This document shows positions 1-9,051 of a DNA stretch of 64,000 nt, in pieces (within the stretch, counting starts at the first letter, position 1; every line of letters starts with the position of its first letter). The position numbers and the translations under genes were made by a program. Origin of the DNA: an uncultured Solirubrobacterales bacterium (GTDB taxonomy: Bacteria; Actinomycetota; Thermoleophilia; Solirubrobacterales; Solirubrobacteraceae); NCBI GenBank assembly GCA_963705245.1, contig OY970062.1, forward strand, positions 557,421 to 621,420, in the 5' to 3' direction. A model generated the notes under the pieces. It ran no database searches and was not told the DNA's origin. It was given only the letters and a program-made list of their open reading frames with translations.

Positions 1-930
1 GCGGCGGTGATCGACATCGGTACTAACAGCACCAGGCTGTTGATCGCTGACGTGGACGCGGACAGGCGGGTGACGGAGGTCGTGCGCCGCTCGGTCGTGA
101 CGAGACTGGGCGCAGGGGTCGATGCCGGGGGCGAGCTGTCCGAGGAAGGCTGCGAGCGGGTATTGGCCGCGGTGAAAGAGTTCAGACAGGAGATCGACGA
201 GCACCCGGACGAGCGCGGCGAGTCTTATCCCAACCTGGCGGTCATGACTTCGGCGGTTAGGGACGCGCGTAATGGCAAAGAGTTCGCCGAGAGGATCGAG
301 TCCGAATACAAGCTCAACACGAGGATCCTCACGGGCGAGGATGAGGCGAGGTTGACGTTTCTTGGTGCGATGTCAGGTCGTATTGCTCCTGACGAGTCGA
401 CTGTCGTCGTGGATATCGGGGGAGGATCGACCGAGTTCATTATCGGTATGGGCCATAAAGCGGGCCAGCACGTGTCGCTGCCCGCGGGTGTTGTGAGAAT
501 GAGCGAGCGACACATCCACAGCGATCCGCCCAAGCCGGGTGAGCTGCAAGAGCTCGCGGCAGACACGCGCGCCATATACCTCGCCGGTCTGTCTCACATT
601 GAGAGCCGGGCGATAAAGCACGGTATTGCGGTCGCCGGGACCGCAACGTCGGCGGCCGCGATCGACCAAGAGCTTGACCCTTATGACCCAGAGCGCGTGC
701 ACGGGTATCGGTTGCTGCTTGCCACGGTCGAGATGCTGCTCGCGCGGTTGGCCGACATGGACGAAGCGCGACGCCGGAGGCTCGTCGGTTTGCATCCGGA
801 CCGTGCCCCGACGATCGTCGCCGGTCTGATCCTGCTGTCAGAGGCGATGAAAGCATGTGATCTCGACGAGGTGGAGGTCTCCGAGCACGACATCCTGCAT
901 GGTGGCGCGCTATCTATCGTCGAGAGCTGA
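1..930 (+). CDS. ppx: Ppx/GppA family exopolyphosphatase (5' end probably just outside the window)
   Basis: IDIGTNSTRLLI, ILTGEDEARLTF, VDIGGGSTE and SEHDILHG motifs; frame is open from base 1. Confidence 0.92.
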   Translation, partial: AAVIDIGTNSTRLLIADVDADRRVTEVVRRSVVTRLGAGVDAGGELSEEGCERVLAAVKEFRQEIDEHPDERGESYPNLAVMTSAVRDARNGKEFAERIESEYKLNTRILTGEDEARLTFLGAMSGRIAPDESTVVVDIGGGSTEFIIGMGHKAGQHVSLPAGVVRMSERHIHSDPPKPGELQELAADTRAIYLAGLSHIESRAIKHGIAVAGTATSAAAIDQELDPYDPERVHGYRLLLATVEMLLARLADMDEARRRRLVGLHPDRAPTIVAGLILLSEAMKACDLDEVEVSEHDILHGGALSIVES

Positions 931-989
931 ATGCGTCGGGAGCTGAATTCAGTTCTCCACGGTAGTTCAAACATCTGATACTCTTGTCA

Positions 990-1154
990 GGAGAGACGCG
1001 TGCATGCCACACGTCCCCAAAGCTGGTTCATAGGTTTGGACGGTGCCGAGCGAATCCTTGGCACTCCTGCTGTCCAGATCGCCCACCCCGAGACACGTAC
1101 CCCTGCCTGTTCCTCGGGGTCCCTGAGGAAGCCGTCCATCGGGCGGCTTCCTCA
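990..1154 (+). ncRNA. Candidate structured non-coding RNA, family unassigned
   Basis: Extended -10 TGATACTCT at 976-984, then stems 995-1002/1008-1015, 1037-1043/1070-1076 enclosing 1043-1050/1057-1064, 1086-1092/1113-1119 and 1124-1134/1144-1154; no convincing ORF. Confidence 0.35.
1124..1154. terminator. 11-bp GC-rich hairpin between convergent ppx and ilvG-like genes
   Basis: TGAGGAAGCCG-N9-CGGCTTCCTCA; no U tract. Confidence 0.5.
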
Positions 1155-1206
1155 CGTTACGCGAGAGCCACCAGCTCGCCGGTCCGACGGCCGGCGTGAG
1201 CGAGCG

Positions 1207-2910
1207 TCAAGCCAGGTTGGACTTGCGCGGGTAGATGACCTCGGGGTCGGTGAGGACATTGACGAGCGCGGGGACACCGGCGGAGAACGCGCGCTCCAGC
1301 GCGGGCACGACATCGTTGGGGTGCTCAACCAGCTCGCCGTTGCAGCCGAGGGCCTCTACGACCTTGTCGTATCGTGTTCCGGGGCGCAGCTCGGCCGCGA
1401 CGGAGTATCCGTACAAGAACTCCATCGGATGCTTCTCCAGGGCCCAAATGCCGTTATTGCCCATTACGCCGACGACGTTGACTCCGTGGCGCGCAAGCGT
1501 ATCGAACTCCATCCCGGAAAACCCGAACGCGCCATCGCCGAGGAGCAGCACGACTTGGCGGTCAGGATGGGCGAGCTTGGCCGCGAGTGCGTAGCCGGGG
1601 CCCGCGCCGAGGCAGCCGAACGGGCCCGGATCAAGCCAGCAGCCGGGCTGATAGGAGTCGATCACGCGACCGGCGTAGGAGACGTAGTCGCCGCCGTCGC
1701 CGATCACGATCGCGTCGCGGTCGAGGACGCGGGCGAGCTCGGCATACAGCCGCATCGGGTGAAGCGGGGAGCGGTCATCCTCGATCTCTGCGCGCTCGGC
1801 GGTACGACGCTCGGTCTCGGTGGCACGCAGGTCTTCGATCCAACGCTCGCTCTGCGACGCCTGCCCTCCGGCCCCGGCCCCGGCCCCGGCCCCGGCGTCA
1901 GCCCCAGCACCAGTGCGGGCGACCGCGCTGCGCAGGTCCGCGAGCGTGGCCGGGAGCGATCCATACAGCTCAGCCGCGACCGTCCGCGGATGGCGGCGCT
2001 CGGGTTCGGCGGTGTCGATTACGAGGATCTCGGTGTCATCCCCGAACGAGCTTCCGAAGCCGAGCCGGAAGTCCATTGGCACTCCGATCACCAGCGCGAC
2101 GTCAGCTCCCTTGAGCGCGTGCGAACGGGCGCGAGAGAAGAACAGCTCATGGTCGGCGGGGACACAGCCGCGAGCGAGGCCGTTCAAGAAAACGGGGATG
2201 CGCAATGCCTCGGCGAGCGCGAGCAGCTCGGACTCGCCATGCCCCCAGTACAGGTCGGTCCCAGCCATGATCACCGGGCGCTCGGCGGTGCGCAGCCGCT
2301 CGGCGGCACGTTCGATCGCGGCGTCATCGGCGCCGCGGCTCGCACGAGGGGGCAGACCCTCCAGCACGCTATCCGGCTCGGGGGCCTCCATGAAAACGTA
2401 GTCCAGGGGAAAGTCCACGAATGTCGGGCCACCGTGGGGAGCGAGTGCGACAGTGAATGCTTCGTCGACGAGGCCGGGGATCTCGGCTGTGCTCTCGGGC
2501 GTGACCGCGAGCTTGGTCAGAGGGCGGACGAACGGGATGTGATCGATCTCCTGGAGCGAGCCCATGCCCCAACGTCCGGCAGGCGCGCGCCCACCGAGGA
2601 TGACCATTGGCGAGTGGTTGGCCTGGGCAGAGCCCATCGCGCTCATGCCGTTGGTGACACCCGGACCGGCCGTGAGCGCGCACACACCGGGCTCGCGCGT
2701 GACCTTCGCCCAGCCCTCGGCGGCGAACGCTGCCGTGGACTCATGACGGACGTCGACGATCTCGATCCCCTCATCGCGGCAACCGTCATAGATCGAGAAC
2801 AGGTGTCCACCGGACAGCGTGAACAGCTTGCTGACGCCATGAGCGCGCAACCGCCGGGCGACCAAGCGCCCGCCGTGGAAGGTCTCGGTGGTCTCCTCGA
2901 CAGTGGCCAT
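1207..2910 (-). CDS. ilvG: ThDP-dependent enzyme, acetolactate synthase/2-hydroxyacyl-CoA lyase family (IlvG-like)
   Basis: [26 protein letters not shown] and [11 protein letters not shown]...NN ThDP motifs; internal (CGGCCC)4 repeat at 1869-1896 encodes a GAGAGA loop. Confidence 0.85.
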   Translation of the reverse strand: MATVEETTETFHGGRLVARRLRAHGVSKLFTLSGGHLFSIYDGCRDEGIEIVDVRHESTAAFAAEGWAKVTREPGVCALTAGPGVTNGMSAMGSAQANHSPMVILGGRAPAGRWGMGSLQEIDHIPFVRPLTKLAVTPESTAEIPGLVDEAFTVALAPHGGPTFVDFPLDYVFMEAPEPDSVLEGLPPRASRGADDAAIERAAERLRTAERPVIMAGTDLYWGHGESELLALAEALRIPVFLNGLARGCVPADHELFFSRARSHALKGADVALVIGVPMDFRLGFGSSFGDDTEILVIDTAEPERRHPRTVAAELYGSLPATLADLRSAVARTGAGADAGAGAGAGAGGQASQSERWIEDLRATETERRTAERAEIEDDRSPLHPMRLYAELARVLDRDAIVIGDGGDYVSYAGRVIDSYQPGCWLDPGPFGCLGAGPGYALAAKLAHPDRQVVLLLGDGAFGFSGMEFDTLARHGVNVVGVMGNNGIWALEKHPMEFLYGYSVAAELRPGTRYDKVVEALGCNGELVEHPNDVVPALERAFSAGVPALVNVLTDPEVIYPRKSNLA

Positions 2911-3100
2911 CGGGGCGCGACTCTATCCGCTGAGGCGCGCGACTGCCACCGTCGATGTGAGAGGGGATGCCGAGACCGAGCGCGAGACAGGACGAGCGCG
3001 TTCCGACCGCGGCCGCACGCGTGCGGGTGATGGGGCGCTTTCGATATGAGTCTCATCCCCCCGGACGAGGAACGCGCGTGCCGGAGACGCCAGGGAGAGG

Positions 3101-3721
3101 CTAGCCCGAGGTATCGTCGGTGTCGGCGGCCAAGCGCGACCAAAAGCGGACGGACTCGCGCTCGTGGCCGATGCCCGAGTCCAGCGCCAGCCGCCAGCCG
3201 GAGGGTGCGTCGGGCAGCTGCTCGAACAGCTCCTCGAAGGCGTGCAACCGGCGGGTGTGGGCGGCGAGCTGGGCCGCGGCAAGCCGAGCAGGGTCGCCGC
3301 CGAAGAAGAGCTTCAACGTGGCGGGATCGCGAACTTCCTCGAAGTCTTCCGTCGGCTCGCGCAGCCACTGCTCGAGCGCGGTACGCCCGAGGGTTGTCAG
3401 GCGATAGACCCGTCGCCGCCGGCCGGTCTCCTCGCGCTGCTCGGACAGCAGCCCCTCGCCGGCGAGCCGCGCGCACTCGGTGTAGAGCTGGGTATGAGGG
3501 ACGGCCCAGAAGTTGAATGTGCTGATCTGGGCCATCCGCTTCAGGTCATACGGCGTGGCGGGACCCAGTTGCTCGATCAAGCCAAGGACGATGTAGGAGG
3601 TCTCGGTCAGGCGCGCAGCGGGGGCGGTCTCGGCGGAGGTCCCCGTCGCGAGGATCGTCTTCGCAGGGGTGTTCTTCACGGGAAGTGCCTTCGCGGGCTT
3701 GCTCATCGTGGACCTGCTCAT
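3101..3721 (-). CDS. PadR family transcriptional regulator
   Basis: LGLIEQLGPATPYDL...QLYTECARLAGEGLL...RRRVYRLTTLGR winged helix plus C-terminal dimerisation helices; start uncertain. Confidence 0.88.
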   Translation of the reverse strand: MSRSTMSKPAKALPVKNTPAKTILATGTSAETAPAARLTETSYIVLGLIEQLGPATPYDLKRMAQISTFNFWAVPHTQLYTECARLAGEGLLSEQREETGRRRRVYRLTTLGRTALEQWLREPTEDFEEVRDPATLKLFFGGDPARLAAAQLAAHTRRLHAFEELFEQLPDAPSGWRLALDSGIGHERESVRFWSRLAADTDDTSG

Positions 3722-4066
3722 CGCGGGCTTGACCGTCGAAGGCCTGCTCGTCGCGGGCCGTTCATCGCGGTTCTAACCGCGTCGCGGGCTCGGTCGCAGC
3801 GGGCCTGACCGTCGGGGGCTTGCTCATCGTGGACCGGACCGTCGCGGGCTTGGTCGCAGCGGGCCTGACCGTCGGGGGCTTGGTCATCGTGGACCTGACC
3901 GTCGCGGGCTTGGTCGCAGCGGGCCTGACCGTCGCGGGCTTGGTCATCGTGGACCTGACCGTCGCGGGCTTGGTCGCAGCGGGCCTGACCGTCGCGGGCT
4001 TGGTCATCGTGGACCTGACCGTCGCAGTTCTAACCGTCGCGGGCTTGGTCGTTGCGGGCTTGCTCA
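3691..4066. repeat. Hierarchical 15/30/60-bp tandem repeat array
   Basis: Four 60-bp copies at 3781-4020 (copies 3 and 4 identical, copy 1 most diverged) with degenerate 15-bp units on both sides. Confidence 0.95.
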
Positions 4067-4079
4067 TCGGAGTTGACAT
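3762..4079 (-). CDS. Repeat-encoded K/P/A/T/R-rich peptide, or frameshifted N-terminus of PadR
   Basis: ATG at 4079 lies 7 nt downstream of TACTCT (4087-4092); encodes (TKPATVRPAA/TKPATVRSTM)n; different frame from padR. Confidence 0.4.
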   Translation of the reverse strand: MSTPMSKPATTKPATVRTATVRSTMTKPATVRPAATKPATVRSTMTKPATVRPAATKPATVRSTMTKPPTVRPAATKPATVRSTMSKPPTVRPAATEPATRLEPR

Positions 4080-4101
4080 CGTCGGCAGAGTAGCGTACGG
4101 T
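4073..4101 (+). promoter_or_regulatory. SigA-type promoter of the carotenoid oxygenase gene
   Basis: TTGACA-17 nt-TACGGT; AAGGA SD before ATG 4140; overlaps the divergent -10 of the padR transcript. Confidence 0.7.
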
Positions 4102-4139
4102 GTGGATCGTTCGGATCGAACCATACGAAAGGAAGCGTT

Positions 4140-5576
4140 ATGTCCGTCAGCGCAGTGCCCGCGATCGCCCCCTCCACGATGGGCTCATCCGCACTTGGGT
4201 TCACGACGCTCGAGCGCGAGGTGGTCGCGGACGAGCTGGAGTGCAGTGGCGAGCTGCCGGGCTGGCTGAGCGGTTCGCTGCTACGCACCGGCCCGGCCAA
4301 GTTTGAGGTGGGTGAGCAGCGCATGCGACACTGGTTCGACGGACTGGCGATGCTCCACCGGTTCACGATCGACGAGGGGCGGGTCTCCTACGGCAATCGC
4401 TTCCTGGAAAGCCGCTCATACAAGGCCGCGCGCGAGCAGGGCAGGATGGTGTACGGGGAGTTCGCCACCGATCCGTGCCGCTCGCTGTATAAGCGTGTGC
4501 AGACGCTGTTCTCGCCGGGAAATGTGCTGCCGGACAACGCGAACATCAACGTAACGAGGCTGGGCGAGCGGTTCGTCGCGATGACCGAGACCCCGCTGCC
4601 GGTTCAGTTCGACCCGCACACGCTGCAGACAGCTGGAGTGCGTCCGTATGAGGTCCCAGGCCAGCTCTCGACCGCCCACCCCCATCTGGATCGAGCGAGC
4701 GGCGGGATGCTCAACTACGCGGCCAAGCTGGGAGCGCGCAGCAGCTACCGGTTCTTTCATGTCGCCCCGAATGAGCGCAAGCCTCGCGCGATCGCATCGC
4801 TGCCGGTGAAGGAGCCCGCATACATGCACTCGTTCGGGCTCACCGAGCATTGGCTGGTGCTGGCAGAGTTCCCGTTTGTCGTCAACCCGCTGGCGCTGGC
4901 CCTGTCGGGACGCCCGTACATCGAGAACTACCGCTGGCGTCCCGAGCTCGGCACGCGCATCACGCTCATCGATCGCGCGACGGGCAAGGCGAGAGAGGGG
5001 TTTCAGACCGACGCAATGTTCGCGTTCCACCACGTGAACGCCTACGAGGACGGCGGCGAGGTTGTCGTGGACCTGTGCGCATTTCCAGACGCGAGCGTGA
5101 TCGAGGATCTGTATCTCGATCGCCTGCGCGCCGGCAAGCCGATCCAATCCGCGGCGCTGACCCGGCTGCGCCTGCGCCTAGCCGACCGATCGGTGCGCCG
5201 CGAACAGCTCACCGAGGAGTACGTGGAGCTGCCGCGGATCAACTATGGGCGCTGCAACGAGCGCCCATACCGGTACGTCTGGGCCACCGGCGACGGGCCG
5301 AGCGGGTGGCTCGAGCGGATCGTCAAGATCGATACGACCGACGGGACCACGCGGTCGTGGTCCCAGCCGGGACACTACCCCGGGGAGCCGGTCTTCGTTG
5401 CCCACCCCGAAGCCGAGGATGAGGACGACGGAGTGCTGCTGTCGGTCGTGCTCGACGCGCAAGAGGGCAAGTCATACATGCTCGTGCTGGATGCCGCCGA
5501 CTTGAGCGAGCTGGCACGAGCCCAAGCGCCACACCACATCCCGTTCGGATTCCACGGCCAGTTCGCACGGGCATGA
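4140..5576 (+). CDS. Carotenoid cleavage oxygenase family (RPE65/BCO-like)
   Basis: HWFDGLAMLHRF, TAHPH, YMHSF, FHHVNAYE, EPVFV, EDDGVLL and PFGFHG (four-His iron ligands). Confidence 0.92.
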   Translation: MSVSAVPAIAPSTMGSSALGFTTLEREVVADELECSGELPGWLSGSLLRTGPAKFEVGEQRMRHWFDGLAMLHRFTIDEGRVSYGNRFLESRSYKAAREQGRMVYGEFATDPCRSLYKRVQTLFSPGNVLPDNANINVTRLGERFVAMTETPLPVQFDPHTLQTAGVRPYEVPGQLSTAHPHLDRASGGMLNYAAKLGARSSYRFFHVAPNERKPRAIASLPVKEPAYMHSFGLTEHWLVLAEFPFVVNPLALALSGRPYIENYRWRPELGTRITLIDRATGKAREGFQTDAMFAFHHVNAYEDGGEVVVDLCAFPDASVIEDLYLDRLRAGKPIQSAALTRLRLRLADRSVRREQLTEEYVELPRINYGRCNERPYRYVWATGDGPSGWLERIVKIDTTDGTTRSWSQPGHYPGEPVFVAHPEAEDEDDGVLLSVVLDAQEGKSYMLVLDAADLSELARAQAPHHIPFGFHGQFARA

Positions 5577-6106
5577 GCGAGTACCGGCCATATCCACGCG
5601 AGCAGCCGCACAACCCGCTGATCCAGGGCAACACGACTGTGCTCGGCGTGAGCTTCCACGGCGGGCGGGTCCTCAGCGCGATGCAGCTGCCCTGGTTCAG
5701 GCTGATGCCGCCCAAGGGCTTCGGCGTGCTCACCACGACCGGGCGCCGGACTGGCAGGACACGGCGCAAATGCGTGCGCGCGATACTGCGCGGCGAGAAC
5801 GTGTACATCGTGTCGATCGGCGGCCCGAGGGCGGCTTGGATGAAGAACATCCGGGCCAATCCCGACGTCACGGTCCGCATACGAGGTGGAACGTTCAGGG
5901 GCAAGGCGCGCGAGCTGGAGGACCCGACGGAAGTCGAACTGGCCGTGACGGCCTACTGCGGGACGGTCAACGCGTTCGACTACGCCGAGTGCGCGATGTG
6001 GCGGACCGGACGCCCGACCCGCGCGAAGATCGAGGACCTGCACCGTGGCTGGTTCAGAGAGGGCACCCCGCTGGTGGTCGAACTGGACGCCCCGGCACGG
6101 AGCTAG
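5573..6106 (+). CDS. Deazaflavin (F420)-dependent nitroreductase family protein (DDN-like)
   Basis: LTTTGRRTGRTR and AWMKNIRANPDVTV motifs; ATGA overlap with the upstream gene. Confidence 0.8.
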   Translation: MSEYRPYPREQPHNPLIQGNTTVLGVSFHGGRVLSAMQLPWFRLMPPKGFGVLTTTGRRTGRTRRKCVRAILRGENVYIVSIGGPRAAWMKNIRANPDVTVRIRGGTFRGKARELEDPTEVELAVTAYCGTVNAFDYAECAMWRTGRPTRAKIEDLHRGWFREGTPLVVELDAPARS

Positions 6107-6230
6107 ACGCAGGCACCAGTTCCACCCGTCACCGCCTGACGACGACGCCACACCAGCCGCACCGCGCTAGACGCAGGCACCGTTCCACCCGTCACCGCCT
6201 GACGGCGACGCCACACACCGACCACACCGC
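6102..6230. repeat. Tandem duplication of a ~64-bp unit that includes the stop codon of the upstream gene
   Basis: gctagacgcaggcacc(a)gttccacccgtcaccgcctgac... at 6102 and 6166. Confidence 0.9.
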
Positions 6231-6290
6231 GCTGCTCAGGGGGGATGAGCTGCATATCGCGATCGCTCTCGCCGAACGCACGCGCGCGGC

Positions 6291-6398
6291 CGCGGTCTCC
6301 ACGCAATCGTCCTGCCTCGCGCCTGGTCTCGGCCCAAAGGCGACCGCGGTCTCCACGCAATCGTCCCACCTCACGCCCGGTCTCGGGCCAAAGAGAGA
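6291..6398. repeat. Tandem duplication of a 54-bp unit next to the tRNA-Leu 3' end
   Basis: cgcggtctccacgcaatcgtcc... at 6291 and 6345. Confidence 0.9.
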
Positions 6399-6407
6399 CG
6401 ACTTACA

Positions 6408-6491
6408 TGCCCGGGACGGGAGTCGAACCCGCAAGCTCGTGAGAGCAGCAGATTTTAAGTCCGCCGACTTTGCCAGTTTGTCCACCCGGGC
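6408..6491 (-). tRNA. tRNA-Leu (TAA)
   Basis: Acceptor GCCCGGG/CCCGGGC+A, anticodon arm GCGGA-CTTAAAA-TCTGC, long variable arm, GGTTCGACTCC T arm; CCA not encoded. Confidence 0.95.
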
Positions 6492-6598
6492 GCTGCGATC
6501 GTATCTGCCGGCGGGGATCTTGCGCGCGGGAACGCAACTTTGGCGTTGCTACGGTGTATTTGGAGTAGACAGCAGCCAGCCGAAGGGGACCATACGCC

Positions 6599-8179
6599 GT
6601 GGAGGTCTCAGCACTAACGCACAAGAGCATGCCGGGCCTCAGCGGTCCGTCTGCGTTGCTGCGGCTGCAATCAGACGAGCGTCTGATCGCGATGACCCGC
6701 CGCGGACAGCATGCTGCGTTCGAGGTCCTGTTCTCGCGCTATCAATCGCGCTTGCTCGCGTTCTGCCGGCACATGCTGAGCTCGCGCGAGGACGCCGAGG
6801 ACGTGCTCCAGGAGGTGTTCACGGCGGCCTTCAACGCGGTGCTCGCCGACGAGCGCGAGATCAACGTCAGGCCGTGGCTGTACCGGATCGCGCGCAACCG
6901 CTCGCTCAACCACTTGCGCCGCGCGTCGGCGATCGGGGTCGACTCGATGGACGTGCACTACGCGGATAACGGCCTGTCCACCGGCGAGCGCGTGCTGAAG
7001 CGGGAGAGCTTCAGGCAACTTCTCGGCGACGTCAAGGAATTGCCCGAGACGCAGCGCACCGCCCTGCTGCTGCGCGAGATCGATGCGCTTTCCTACGAGC
7101 AGATCGCGGACGCGATGGAGACGACCGTGCCATCGGTCAAGTCCCTGCTCGTGCGCGCACGCATCTCTCTCGCCGAGGCCGCCGAGGCGCGCCAGCTGAG
7201 CTGCGAGGAAGTACGGGCCCAGCTCGGGGAGATGGCGGAGGGCCTCACCAAGCTGGGCGCTCCCGCGCGTAGGCATGTGCGCGGATGCGAGCGCTGCCGT
7301 TCGTTCAAGAAGCAGCTGAAGGAGAACAACCACGCGCTTGCCGCGATCTTCCCCGTCGGGCCGCTCCTGCTGGCCAAGAAGCTGCTGTTGACCAAGCTGG
7401 GCTCGACCGCCTCTGCGGGCCATGTCGGCGCAGGTGCGAGCGCAACTGCCGGCGCCACGGCGAGCGCGGCTGCCGGCGGGGGAGCGAGCGTCTCCGGCGG
7501 CTTGCTCACGGCTGGCGCAGGCGCGGTCGCGACTAAGGCTGTCGCTGGCCTTGCCGCCGCCGCGATCGTCACCGCCGGCGCAGTCGCAGCCGAACACGTC
7601 GGACGCCCCGCACATCATCATCACGCCGCGGTTGCGACTACCGCTTACGTACCTGCCGTGCATGGGAGCTCGAGCGAACCGATCGTCGTGCATAACAGCG
7701 TCCAGCCGGTCAGCTCTTCGTCTCGCGGATTCGCGGCAAGGTCCGCGGCACGGCGGTCTGCCTCTGACGCCCATCGCCATGCCGCCGTGAAGACGGTCAA
7801 GATCGCCCCCGTGAGCGCGACGCTCGCACCCGGAGCGAGCACACCCGCAGCAGTCCTCCCGGCCGTCAAACCGCTCACGCCACCGAAGCCTTCTCCGCCT
7901 CAGGTGACCGAGGTCACGACCGTTACCACGGCCCTGCCGACAGCCGCGACCGACACACCTCCAACCCCGCCGGTCGCCTCGACTGCACCGACCGCCGAAA
8001 CGGGTGGCACTCCTTCACCGCCGTCTACCGAAGCGCCGCCCGCAGAATCGGCCGCGCCTGTCGAGACGACACCCCCTCCAGCGGAAACGCCGCCGGCGGA
8101 AACAACGTCCCACGCGACGTCCCCCGCCGGTAGTGGGAGTGCGCCAGAATCGCCGCCAGCAGCCGCGACAACTCCTTGA
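6599..8179 (+). CDS. ECF sigma-70 factor fused to a zinc-finger (ZAS-like) domain, a hydrophobic segment and a Pro/Thr-rich tail
   Basis: DAEDVLQEVF and WLYRIARN (region 2), LPETQRTALLLRE...SYEQIA (region 4), then C...HVRGCERC. Confidence 0.85.
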   Translation: MEVSALTHKSMPGLSGPSALLRLQSDERLIAMTRRGQHAAFEVLFSRYQSRLLAFCRHMLSSREDAEDVLQEVFTAAFNAVLADEREINVRPWLYRIARNRSLNHLRRASAIGVDSMDVHYADNGLSTGERVLKRESFRQLLGDVKELPETQRTALLLREIDALSYEQIADAMETTVPSVKSLLVRARISLAEAAEARQLSCEEVRAQLGEMAEGLTKLGAPARRHVRGCERCRSFKKQLKENNHALAAIFPVGPLLLAKKLLLTKLGSTASAGHVGAGASATAGATASAAAGGGASVSGGLLTAGAGAVATKAVAGLAAAAIVTAGAVAAEHVGRPAHHHHAAVATTAYVPAVHGSSSEPIVVHNSVQPVSSSSRGFAARSAARRSASDAHRHAAVKTVKIAPVSATLAPGASTPAAVLPAVKPLTPPKPSPPQVTEVTTVTTALPTAATDTPPTPPVASTAPTAETGGTPSPPSTEAPPAESAAPVETTPPPAETPPAETTSHATSPAGSGSAPESPPAAATTP

Positions 8180-8197
8180 GAGCTCGCATCAGAGCAA

Positions 8198-8398
8198 GCT
8201 TCGGTCCCACGACGACTCCGGTTTCGGCCTCCGTTTTCGGCCCCGACTCCGTCTCGGCCCCGACTTCGGCTTCGGCTCCGTCTCGGCCCCGACTTCGGCC
8301 CCGGTTTCGGCTTTCGGCCCCGACTTCGGCTTCGGCTCCGTCTCGGCCCCGACTTCGGCCCCGGTTTCGGCTTTCGGCCCCGACTTCGGCTTCGGCTA
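8198..8398. repeat. Intergenic array of TTCGGC/CCCCGA units with a 60-bp period
   Basis: 8281-8337 identical to 8341-8397; recurrent CCGACTTCGGC. Confidence 0.92.
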
Positions 8399-9043
8399 AC
8401 TGAACGTAAACGTCTCGAGCGGCCGTTCGAGCACGCCGGTTGTACCGACGAGCAGTGGCGAGGTCACCTGCGAGTCAGCCGCGGGCGAGGTGAGCATCAC
8501 GATGTGGACACCAGCCCGAGCCCCGGGCTGTTCGGGCAACAGCAGAATGTCCCGCCCGTAGACCGTCCGACCGGCGATCAGAGCCGTGTAGACGATGTCG
8601 TAGCCGGGCACGGTGTTGACCCGCGTCTTGCCCTCTCCGCGCAGGACGAACCCCCTGCGGCGCTGGCGCAGCCCGTCGATGTAGGTCGCCGCGTAGAGCG
8701 GCAACTCAGCGCTGAGCCCGCCCGTATATGGCGGCAGCTCGAGTGGGCCGACTGCAAAGGAGTCCTTCAGCGGGCCGTGGGCGGGACGCTGGATGCGCAC
8801 ATACTCGCCTGGGCCGGGAGCGGTCCGGTAGAGGGAGCGGTAGCTGAAGGAGAACGGCGCCGGTCCACCGTGGGAGTAGTGGGCGTTCTCGAGCGTGAAT
8901 GCAGCCCCGACGACGAGCGCGAGCAGACCCAAGCCGGCCGTGACGAGGATGGCGCGGGCAAGCGAGGACGCAGCATGCCAGCGGGGCGCGAGCAGGCGCC
9001 CCAGGGTGGGCCCATACTCTGGCTTCAGCGGGATTGCGGCCAT
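8396..9043 (-). CDS. Hypothetical single-pass membrane protein
   Basis: 215 aa; hydrophobic segment ILVTAGLGLLALVVGAAF; operon position after the Lrp/AsnC gene. Confidence 0.65.
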   Translation of the reverse strand: MAAIPLKPEYGPTLGRLLAPRWHAASSLARAILVTAGLGLLALVVGAAFTLENAHYSHGGPAPFSFSYRSLYRTAPGPGEYVRIQRPAHGPLKDSFAVGPLELPPYTGGLSAELPLYAATYIDGLRQRRRGFVLRGEGKTRVNTVPGYDIVYTALIAGRTVYGRDILLLPEQPGARAGVHIVMLTSPAADSQVTSPLLVGTTGVLERPLETFTFS

Positions 9044-9051
9044 CGTGGGCC

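Noticed and set aside
1000-3030. 676-aa plus-strand ORF
   Set aside because: Antisense shadow of the ilvG-like gene; long shadow ORFs are expected in high-GC DNA (likewise 17660-19606, 20539-22245, 49146-50663 and 57154-58599)
3820-4269. Hydrophobic repeat ORF (VAGLVAAGLT)n resembling a membrane protein
   Set aside because: Opposite-strand reading of the tandem array; it runs through the oxygenase promoter and start, and has no SD
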